In this document: positions 1 to 7,231 of the stretch, piece after piece
Numbering within the stretch: the stretch's first letter is position 1
Layout of the letters: the number at the start of each line of letters is the position of its first letter
NCBI GenBank assembly: GCA_039799905.1
Contig: JBDLRP010000015.1
Location: 1 to 12,572, forward strand
Origin: Pseudomonadota bacterium
GTDB taxonomy: Bacteria; Bdellovibrionota_B; Oligoflexia; Silvanigrellales; Silvanigrellaceae
Length of the DNA: 12,572 nucleotides
Reading direction: 5' to 3'
Program-made: the position numbers and the translations under genes
The notes under the pieces: model-generated
The model's database searches: none
Told to the model about the DNA's origin: nothing
What the model saw: the letters and a program-made list of their open reading frames with translations, nothing else

Positions 1-377
1 GCGCTGGCGGGCTTCGTCTTCAACGTCAGTGTACAAACCTTGGACACCGCTTTCTGGCAGTGCAGCTGAAGGTCGTCACCACTGCTGCTGAAGAGCTTCT
101 GCGGCTCGCGGACCAACGGAGAATCCACGGGCTGTATCTTAACCGACGAAAACACCTTCATTAAACGCTCGGAATCGCGGTCATTGAGATGCACGTTCAG
201 GCGCTGCTCGTCTTGGGTCACCTTTGTTTCCGCTGACATTGAAGCTGCATTCCGCGAGGAATTCAATGCAGAGGCTTTAAAACCACAGCTCACTGAAGTT
301 GCGGCTAAAACCGCAGGAACACACACTTTTAGAACGGCCGAGTGCAGATTAGATGCTTTTTTAGGGATAAAACTCAT
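1..377 (-). CDS. Exported hypothetical protein, possible lipoprotein (partial, runs off the left edge)
   Basis: Not in the ORF track; translated by hand. ATG at 377 with a strong SD (GGAGGTGA, 381-388), and open for 125 codons to the window edge: MSFIPKKASNLHSAVLKVCVPAVLAATSVSCGFKASALNSSRNAASMSAETKVTQDEQRLNVHLNDRDSERLMKVF... Basic N-terminus, hydrophobic stretch and near-lipobox SVS-C31. Starts 20 bp after the stop of the upstream co-oriented gene. Confidence 0.8.
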   Translation of the reverse strand, partial: MSFIPKKASNLHSAVLKVCVPAVLAATSVSCGFKASALNSSRNAASMSAETKVTQDEQRLNVHLNDRDSERLMKVFSSVKIQPVDSPLVREPQKLFSSSGDDLQLHCQKAVSKVCTLTLKTKPAS

Positions 378-397
378 ACGTCACCTCCGAGCACTGC

Positions 398-3181
398 TCA
401 GCATGAGGTATGCCATCCCGCCTGAAACTGCGGACTGACCGTCTGAGTGCGGCTCACATCCAAAGCTCCTTCGCTCTGCGCTACTTCCGAATCCGTGCCG
501 AAAAGAGTTTCATCACATTGAGGCGTGATATCCTCGTCCAAACCCAAGTCTCTGAGCATCTGTCCCATTATTTTCTCGGGACGATAATCTTGCGAGCGCA
601 CATAGGCCTGATGACGCAAATCCTCATATACATCTGGTTCTGCAGCAAACAACGCAACCGCGCCGCAAAAATCTTCTTTTGAACGAGCAAGAAAACCATT
701 CACGCCATGGTCGATGATATCTGCAGGTCCTTTTGTCGCATAAGCACACACAGGCAGGCCACAGCTCATGGCTTCAAGCACAACGCAACCAAAGGTGTCG
801 AAGGTCGATGGCAAAACCAAAAGGTCTGCCCGATTGTAGAGCTCGCACAAACTTTCTTTCGGTTGCCAACCAAGAAAAATGGCCTCCGGCATGAGTTCGC
901 GCAGCCTTGCCTCGGATGGTCCCGTTCCCGCGAAAACCATTCTGGTGCGAGGGTTTGCCTTGCGCGCTGCAGAATACACCTCAGGCAGCTCGAAAACACC
1001 TTTCTCTTCACTCAGACGTCCCGCGTAAAGAATCACCACCTCATCCCTGCGCAAACCGGCAACGGCCGAGCGCCGCAGCTGAGGATGGCGGCGGAACGAC
1101 GTAGAAGCCCAATGAGCCGTCTGAAAAACATTTTTCAGCTGAAAAGACTCACCGGTAAAAAGCCTGCGCTGTTCAGAGTTCAGCACGAAAAGGCCATCAA
1201 ACTGTGAATACAGTCCGCGCATCATGCGGCGCACGCGGTCGATGTTCACATCACGCAAAACCTCGTTTTGCTGCGCAAATGAAAGCCAATCCGTGTGCAC
1301 ATAAAAGTACACAGGCAACCTGAGCGCATGCTTGAAATAGAGCGCTGATAGCGACATTGGCCCTTCTGTGGAACAAATAACAGACGTGTATCCACCCTGT
1401 TCGGCGATGCGCTGGATCTCTGCAAGATTAGGAACGCGAAATGGCTGCTGCGGATAAAAGGGCAAAGTGAAGGTCGACATGGGCCGGACGACTTTCAGAT
1501 TTTCAGATGAGTTGAGAGATTCATGACAGACCAAAAAGTCGATGGGAAGATTCTTGTCCGCAGCGTATTTTTGCGCGAGTTGCAGGACACCTGAAACGCC
1601 ATTTTTGTCCGTAAATGTATCGGTCAGCCAAAGTACCCGTTGCGGACGCCTGAGATGCGGGAATCTTTTCAGAAGGTCATCGCTGAAATGACGTTTGCCG
1701 TGCAAAACTCGAGACGTTGCATACATCGATCCTGCCACCAATCCGGAGGCCAAAAATGGAAATGACAGACCGTCGAAAAACTCTCCGACGGATGGCAGCG
1801 ACATCTTGCGTGTTCCGCGTGGTTTGGAACCGGTGGATGGTTGAACCAGAGTACGCACCACACTTGGAACTTCCAGCTTGCCGACAAAATCATCAAGACT
1901 TTCGAACCGGAGTGCATCAGCCGAGCTCAAACTCGCAACTTTCTTTTCAATCCGGTCGCAAAGCATTTGCGCGAAAATCGTATAAAGTTCTTCTGCAATC
2001 GGTGTTTCCAGATGACCGATTCCCTCTTGCGAGGCACACGCAAGCGACTGCACCACACTGAGCAACTTGGGCTGATAGCGCCGCATCAGAAACTTTGTCA
2101 TCATTGTCGGTTGTTGGCCGCGCACAGCTGCATGAAAGGTTCTGAGAAACCTCATTGTATAACGATGTCGGCGGACCTCGTGGATGGCGTTGTTGATGGT
2201 CAGAGCCGCGACCTTCTGCCAGGCGGAGCCCTTGTGCAGCAAGATTCTCCCGAGTCCCGGATCCTTCAAATGCAGCACGAGTCCAGCAAAATAGTCCAAC
2301 AGCGCAAGATTGAGTTTTCTGCCGTCGTTCCACTCACCAAACGGGCCGACAACCCCATTGCGCAATGAGGACAATGCCAGCTCGCTCGGCTTCATTCTCT
2401 TTATTTGTTCTTCGTTCAAATGTCCCAGCGATAATTTGCTTCCAGTTCTTCCGGCAAAGACACCAAAATGGTCATCTGATCCGCCAACACACGTTTTGCG
2501 CCAAGGATCACGACAAAAGGTCGAAGCCGAAAAGTGGAATCTTTTCTCGAGTTCCTCAATCTTCTCCGGCGTCATCGACTGAACCCACTCCCAAGTCACA
2601 AGATTCGAGTAGGTGTCCCGCTGCCCGTTCATGACTTCAAAGTTGCTGAACAGCAAAAATATCTTTTCATACTTCTCGACTGCCGGAAGACCGTTTGGGG
2701 CATAAAAATCGAGCGGATGTGCAAGCACTGTTGGAAGATCATTCTCACTGGTGAATTCGAGAAAATCATAGACGTTTCTTCGCGCCGTCTTCAGTTTTTC
2801 TTCCTGCTCCGGGGTAAATCCATAAGTCAGGACATGCACACCAACATCAAGGTCGGGAATGTGGCACGAGAACTCCGCACCGCTCAGCACATCAGTGCCT
2901 TTATCCATGAGCTCCCAGCAGGTGCGTGCATTGTTGTGATTTGTGACTGTGAGGGTATCCATGCCCGAAGTCGAAAGTGCTTTCATGAGCTGCTCGGTCG
3001 GCAACCACGTTTCAGGCACACCCAGGATCCGGCCCAATGCTTCGTCGGGAACATTACTGTTGTGATCATGGCAGTGAAGGTCAATCTTAAGAAATTTTTC
3101 GCCCACAGTCGCAGCCGATTCATCGAGTCTATCCTGCAGCCGTCCTGTCAGCCAAGTCTGAAAATCTGCTTGAGAATTCAT
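398..3181 (-). CDS. Fusion of an N-terminal PHP-family metallophosphoesterase domain, a central linker domain and a C-terminal GT4 (GT-B) glycosyltransferase, about 927 aa
   Basis: PHP motifs DLHCH, VTNHN, GAEFS, VHVL, LAHP, FEVMNG and GGSDDH. GT4 motifs RVLWLTDTF..KNGVS, TEGPM, VHTD, YAGRLSEEKG, GTGP and PSTFDTFGCVVLEAMSCGLPV (D-X7-E). Start moved from 3232 to ATG 3181 (MNSQ): it forms an ATGA overlap with the upstream stop and follows an AAAGGGAG SD. Confidence 0.9.
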   Translation of the reverse strand: MNSQADFQTWLTGRLQDRLDESAATVGEKFLKIDLHCHDHNSNVPDEALGRILGVPETWLPTEQLMKALSTSGMDTLTVTNHNNARTCWELMDKGTDVLSGAEFSCHIPDLDVGVHVLTYGFTPEQEEKLKTARRNVYDFLEFTSENDLPTVLAHPLDFYAPNGLPAVEKYEKIFLLFSNFEVMNGQRDTYSNLVTWEWVQSMTPEKIEELEKRFHFSASTFCRDPWRKTCVGGSDDHFGVFAGRTGSKLSLGHLNEEQIKRMKPSELALSSLRNGVVGPFGEWNDGRKLNLALLDYFAGLVLHLKDPGLGRILLHKGSAWQKVAALTINNAIHEVRRHRYTMRFLRTFHAAVRGQQPTMMTKFLMRRYQPKLLSVVQSLACASQEGIGHLETPIAEELYTIFAQMLCDRIEKKVASLSSADALRFESLDDFVGKLEVPSVVRTLVQPSTGSKPRGTRKMSLPSVGEFFDGLSFPFLASGLVAGSMYATSRVLHGKRHFSDDLLKRFPHLRRPQRVLWLTDTFTDKNGVSGVLQLAQKYAADKNLPIDFLVCHESLNSSENLKVVRPMSTFTLPFYPQQPFRVPNLAEIQRIAEQGGYTSVICSTEGPMSLSALYFKHALRLPVYFYVHTDWLSFAQQNEVLRDVNIDRVRRMMRGLYSQFDGLFVLNSEQRRLFTGESFQLKNVFQTAHWASTSFRRHPQLRRSAVAGLRRDEVVILYAGRLSEEKGVFELPEVYSAARKANPRTRMVFAGTGPSEARLRELMPEAIFLGWQPKESLCELYNRADLLVLPSTFDTFGCVVLEAMSCGLPVCAYATKGPADIIDHGVNGFLARSKEDFCGAVALFAAEPDVYEDLRHQAYVRSQDYRPEKIMGQMLRDLGLDEDITPQCDETLFGTDSEVAQSEGALDVSRTQTVSPQFQAGWHTSC

Positions 3182-5553
3182 ACTGCTGCTCCCTTTCTCT
3201 GTGCAAAAAACATTTCTCCGCGCAATGAACACGGAATCCTGACTCGCCTTTGCGTGCGTTCACAATCCGCAGCGGAATCGGCCTCGGTGATTCCCAAGGG
3301 CAATGAAAGATGAATGCGCGGAATTTCCTCGTCCGACCAAGGCTCAAGATGCCAACGGGCAACAACACCGCGGCTTTCGGCTTCAAGCGATGCTGTCAGC
3401 CGACCATGAAATGTTGGAGCACCGTGGATTGATGTCGCACAACCCGACTGCAGCCACTCGGCAGGAATTCCCGCAAACAGATTGAGTCCGGTGCTGTCAT
3501 CACAAACAATGAACTGGCGCAGAACATTACAAAACTCAGCTGCGGCCCAGCCATGGTCGCCATCGCCCATGCAGCCACCCTGAGTGCGCGGGTTGATGGC
3601 TTCCGGCCACGTCACTGTCGGCGAAGCTGCGTCGGACAAAGATTTGATGATTGGCAGTGCACGCGGATCTTCAAGCCTGATAAGAACACGCGCCACCTGT
3701 GCGGTAAGATATGGATTCAGGCCGGTGTGAAACACACTTTGAAAAAACATCCCCTGATAGAAATGATTTTCCAGAAGATAATCGAGTGTCGGCTTCAACC
3801 AAGGTTGCGCGAGCTCCGAGAGTTCAAGCGGATCGGCAGCAACTAAATTTCCGATACAGGCCGCATCAGGCCAACGATACGGTGAGACGGGCAACACCAG
3901 ACCACCGACCCGTTCCATTGTCGCAGAAATAGCATTGCGAAGACTGTGTTCGAAGCTTTCATGGATGCGCGAGAGGATAGCAGCTTCGCGCTCGCGACCC
4001 AGTCTGCGGGCAGCACGTCGGCCAAGCTTGATCGCCTGCATCGACCATAAGTTGTCCCAAAAATAGTGATCGCAGCCGCCAAAGTGCTCCGCTGAAAAGC
4101 TTGCAGGAAGGAGTCCCTCGTGCAGGTGAGACTTCTTGGGACTACTCACGCGTTGCTTATCTATCCAGACAAGCCCTCTGAAAATACTGTCGAAGAGATT
4201 CTGCAATAGTTTTGAATCGCCGGTCTTGCGGCAAAAATTGAGCATGGAGCAGAGAGCGATGGCGTGCGAATCAAGTTCTCCCGGATGATCCACAAACGCA
4301 CCCGAGGGCTGCTGCCGATTTGGGTATGCCTCAATTTTTCTGCGGACTTCATTAATAAAACCGAGATTGGTGAAGGCCTCGGAAATAAAATACGAATCAC
4401 GGTACCAGTGCGTGTGATAGAGAAATGTCCCCGGACTGAAATGCGTCACATCATCGAAGGCAGGCAGTCTGAGCTTAATTGCATTCAACTGATGCTCAAG
4501 TTTTTCATCGGGCAGTCGGATGCGGACGGCTTTCATCTCTTCTAGACGCAGTTCTTCCTCGCGGGCGCGAATGAGCGAATCAGCACTGACCTGCAATGGC
4601 CGCCGTGCCGATTGCTTCGTCTTTCGCCGATGCTGTGAGCTTTCACACCATACGACAACACCCAACGAGATTTTCTCTCCCGCTGCAATCTCTCGATGAT
4701 ATTCCGCCGATGCCGCAGCAATTCCCGAGCGTGCCCGAATGATTCGCGACTCCTGAGCAACAGACCTTTTGGAGAGACCCTTCATCGGGTCTCCCGTACC
4801 GCGATCGCCCAGCAGAATGCAGCTGGGCACTTCGAGAAGCTCAAGCTCCCAGCGCTTGTTGATCCTCAGCAGCGAACCCATGTTTTCAATATGATTGACG
4901 TGACCAATCGAAAGCACATTGTACGGCCGGACACCAAATCCAACACTGACGTTCACCGGCTCCTGAGTGGTGTTGATCACTTCAATTCGGCAGGTGATGC
5001 GCAAGGCGCCGTCGATGTAGGTTGCCGCAGCAGTCGAGGTCCAAGTCACTCCGTCTAATTCCGGATAGCGCGATTCCACAACCGGCAAAATATCGTCGCT
5101 CAAACACTGTGTGACACGCTCCTGCAGGTAAGGCGGTGCCTGCAGCTGACCCTTGATTCTGACGTAGGGAAGAAGAGACCAGCTGTGCGGCTGCACCGTG
5201 ATCATTCCCACCGGGTCAACCATACATTCCTGTGGCGAGTCGGAATGACCAAGGGATGTCCAATTGCGGCGCGAAAGGTTCGCACCCAACAGTCCTGCGC
5301 CGGTGGGGATGAAGGCTGACGAACGCGGCTGCCACTGTTCTTCTATCCAAAGTGGCCAGACCCAATTGCGGTTGGTATGCACCGCGAGCATGTTGTTCGC
5401 GCCCGAGAAAAGAACCCACAGAGCCTGATCTAGCAATGCGGAAGAACCCATCATTCCTGTCGGCTTGCCGATCCACTCGATGCTGCGCACATAGGGCAGC
5501 AACCAACGTTTGTTGGTCAATTTCAGCGCCCATTGAATTGCCTTTAAAATCAT
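3178..5553 (-). CDS. Six-hairpin (alpha/alpha)6-barrel glycoside hydrolase-like protein of unknown substrate, about 791 aa
   Basis: Long ORF with WYRDSYF (W-x-R-D motif typical of six-hairpin glycosidases), GELDS, GLLPASFSAEHFG..DHYFWDNLWS, WPEAINP..GGCMGDGDHGWAAAEF, and a C-terminal LFAGIPAEW..GAPTFHG beta-sandwich-like tail. No signal peptide seen. ATG 5553 (MILKAIQW) is preferred over 5661, which runs through the divergent promoter region. The SD is weak, so the start is uncertain. Confidence 0.75.
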   Translation of the reverse strand: MILKAIQWALKLTNKRWLLPYVRSIEWIGKPTGMMGSSALLDQALWVLFSGANNMLAVHTNRNWVWPLWIEEQWQPRSSAFIPTGAGLLGANLSRRNWTSLGHSDSPQECMVDPVGMITVQPHSWSLLPYVRIKGQLQAPPYLQERVTQCLSDDILPVVESRYPELDGVTWTSTAAATYIDGALRITCRIEVINTTQEPVNVSVGFGVRPYNVLSIGHVNHIENMGSLLRINKRWELELLEVPSCILLGDRGTGDPMKGLSKRSVAQESRIIRARSGIAAASAEYHREIAAGEKISLGVVVWCESSQHRRKTKQSARRPLQVSADSLIRAREEELRLEEMKAVRIRLPDEKLEHQLNAIKLRLPAFDDVTHFSPGTFLYHTHWYRDSYFISEAFTNLGFINEVRRKIEAYPNRQQPSGAFVDHPGELDSHAIALCSMLNFCRKTGDSKLLQNLFDSIFRGLVWIDKQRVSSPKKSHLHEGLLPASFSAEHFGGCDHYFWDNLWSMQAIKLGRRAARRLGREREAAILSRIHESFEHSLRNAISATMERVGGLVLPVSPYRWPDAACIGNLVAADPLELSELAQPWLKPTLDYLLENHFYQGMFFQSVFHTGLNPYLTAQVARVLIRLEDPRALPIIKSLSDAASPTVTWPEAINPRTQGGCMGDGDHGWAAAEFCNVLRQFIVCDDSTGLNLFAGIPAEWLQSGCATSIHGAPTFHGRLTASLEAESRGVVARWHLEPWSDEEIPRIHLSLPLGITEADSAADCERTQRRVRIPCSLRGEMFFAQRKGAAV

Positions 5554-5624
5554 AATGACAAGCTCGGATGTTGTTTGCAGCGAGCCTATAACGAATTTTA
5601 AGCTGTTTGCCCGACTTTGACCGA

Positions 5625-5642
5625 GTGACAACCGTGTGAAGA
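5625..5642 (-). promoter_or_regulatory. Pho-box-like direct repeat (candidate PhoB/OmpR-family site)
   Basis: Minus strand reads TCTTCAC-ACGG-TTGTCAC: two 7-mers at 11-bp period resembling the CTGTCAT-N4-CTGTCAT consensus, 71 bp upstream of the glycosidase start and co-oriented with it. A TAAAAT hexamer (5595-5600) lies 24 nt downstream, which is not the canonical 10-nt spacing. Confidence 0.4.
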
Positions 5643-5644
5643 TA

Positions 5645-5658
5645 TTGATTAATAACAA
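5645..5658. promoter_or_regulatory. FNR/CRP-family-like palindrome
   Basis: TTGAT-TAAT-AACAA matches 9 of 10 positions of TTGAT-N4-ATCAA. It lies in an AT-rich intergenic region, so a chance match is possible. Confidence 0.3.
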
Positions 5659-5764
5659 CATCCATCAAAGCGTGCATTTATTGAAACAAAAATTTCACAA
5701 ATACCTGTCAATGATGTCCACGTCCCGATGGTACTGCGGCAAGGTGATTGGGGAGGAAATACAG

Positions 5765-6814
5765 GTGAAGGGACTTTCGCTGCTCGACCGCTTTTTGACC
5801 GTCTGGATCTTTTTGGCGATGTTTGCTGGAATCATCATTGGCCGTTTTGCACCGCAATTGCGTGACGCGCTCTCGTCGGCGAGCAGCGGTTCGATTTCAT
5901 TTCCACTCGCCGTCGGCCTCATCCTGATGATGTATCCGCCGCTGGCCAAAGTCCGCTACGAAGAACTGCCCAGTGTTTTCAAAGACACCAAAGTACTCCT
6001 CTTGTCGCTCGTTCAGAACTGGATTGCCGGCCCGCTGTTGATGTTTGCACTCGCCGCTCTCTTTCTGCGCGACAAACCTGAGTATATGTCGGGGCTCATC
6101 ATCATCGGACTGGCGCGGTGCATCGCCATGGTCTTGGTCTGGAACGAACTCGCCAAGGGAAACAATGAGTACTGTGCCGGACTTGTCGCTTTCAACTCGA
6201 TTTTTCAGGTGTTGTTTTTCCCAATCTACGCATGGTTCTTTGTGACGTGGCTGCCGGGAGTCTTTGGACTCGAAGGGACTGTTATCAGCATTTCCATTGT
6301 TGAAGTCGCACAAGCCGTGGGAATTTATCTGGGAATACCCTTCGCATGCGGGGCGCTCACACGCTTTGTACTTCTCAAACTGAAGGGCCGAGAATGGTAC
6401 GAACAGTTCTTCATTCCGAAGATCAGCCCACTCACGCTTATTGCGCTTCTTTTTACGATCGTGGCGATGTTCTCCCTCAAGGGCGACCTCATTTTGACCC
6501 TTCCACTTGATGTCGCACGCATCGCGCTGCCGCTTATCTTGTACTTTGTGCTGATGTTCTTCATTTCTTACTTCGCGAGCCGTAAAAGTGGAGCCGACCA
6601 TCCGCGCAGCACCACCCTTTCACTCACTGCCGCCTCAAATAACTTTGAACTTGCCATTGCAGTTGCAATCGCCACATTCGGGCTGGGTTCAGGACAGGCC
6701 TTTGCAGCTGTCATCGGTCCGCTTGTCGAAGTGCCGGTGTTGCTGCTGCTGGTCAAGGTTGCGCTGATGTTTGGTAAAAAGTCGGCTCACGCTCAGGAGG
6801 TATCCCAGTCATGA
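5765..6814 (+). CDS. acr3: ACR3-family arsenite efflux transporter, 349 aa
   Basis: Highly hydrophobic, with family motifs [48 protein letters not shown] (essential Cys), [13 protein letters not shown] and GPLVEVPV. Real start is probably GTG 5765, 8 nt after GGGAGG, not 5636. Confidence 0.96.
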   Translation: MKGLSLLDRFLTVWIFLAMFAGIIIGRFAPQLRDALSSASSGSISFPLAVGLILMMYPPLAKVRYEELPSVFKDTKVLLLSLVQNWIAGPLLMFALAALFLRDKPEYMSGLIIIGLARCIAMVLVWNELAKGNNEYCAGLVAFNSIFQVLFFPIYAWFFVTWLPGVFGLEGTVISISIVEVAQAVGIYLGIPFACGALTRFVLLKLKGREWYEQFFIPKISPLTLIALLFTIVAMFSLKGDLILTLPLDVARIALPLILYFVLMFFISYFASRKSGADHPRSTTLSLTAASNNFELAIAVAIATFGLGSGQAFAAVIGPLVEVPVLLLLVKVALMFGKKSAHAQEVSQS

Positions 6815-7230
6815 AAATCGTTTTTCTCTGTGTTGCCAATTCGGCAAGAAGTCAGATGGCGGAAGGACTCGCTCGTGCGATGGTCAGGCCTGACGTCGAA
6901 ATTCTCAGCGCAGGATCACAACCCTCCCACGTGAATCCCTTCGCCATTGAAGCAATGGCCGAGATTGGCATCAGTCTCGCCTCACATCAGTCGAAATCTG
7001 TGTCCCAAATAGATTTTTCGGATGTCGACACTGTCATCACCCTGTGCGCCGACGAAGTGTGCCCGGTCTTCTTGGGCAGGGCGGAAAAGCTGCACTGGCC
7101 ATTTTCGGATCCGGCGGCGGCAACAGGCTCGGAACAAGACAAGCTTGCTTCCTTCCGAATTGTCCGAGAGCAAATCCGCGACAGGCTGCAACAATGGCTG
7201 CTTGAGCGGGATCTTCTGAAGACACAGTGA
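6811..7230 (+). CDS. arsC: Arsenate reductase, LMW-PTP fold (thioredoxin-coupled type), 139 aa
   Basis: P-loop C7-VANSA-R13-SQMAE (CX5R), SAGS, resolving Cys pair TLC79ADEVC84P and [11 protein letters not shown] overlap with acr3 and an AGGAGG SD. Confidence 0.93.
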   Translation: MKIVFLCVANSARSQMAEGLARAMVRPDVEILSAGSQPSHVNPFAIEAMAEIGISLASHQSKSVSQIDFSDVDTVITLCADEVCPVFLGRAEKLHWPFSDPAAATGSEQDKLASFRIVREQIRDRLQQWLLERDLLKTQ

Positions 7231-7231
7231 C

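Noticed and set aside
2534..3313. 259-aa plus-strand ORF, and other plus-strand ORFs within 184-5555
   Set aside because: Antisense shadows of well-supported minus-strand genes, with no recognisable motifs.
5692..5720. Possible plus-strand Pho box before acr3 (ATTTCAC...CTGTCAA...ATGTCCA)
   Set aside because: Half-site periods are 13 and 9 bp, not the required 11 bp.
5636..5764. 43-aa N-terminal extension of Acr3, overlapping the extended glycosidase ORF (to 5661)
   Set aside because: Artefact of longest-ORF calling. GTG 5765 has a strong SD and matches the usual Acr3 N-terminus.
5897..6601. 234-aa highly charged minus-strand ORF
   Set aside because: Antisense to acr3. The charged composition is the expected mirror of hydrophobic codons.
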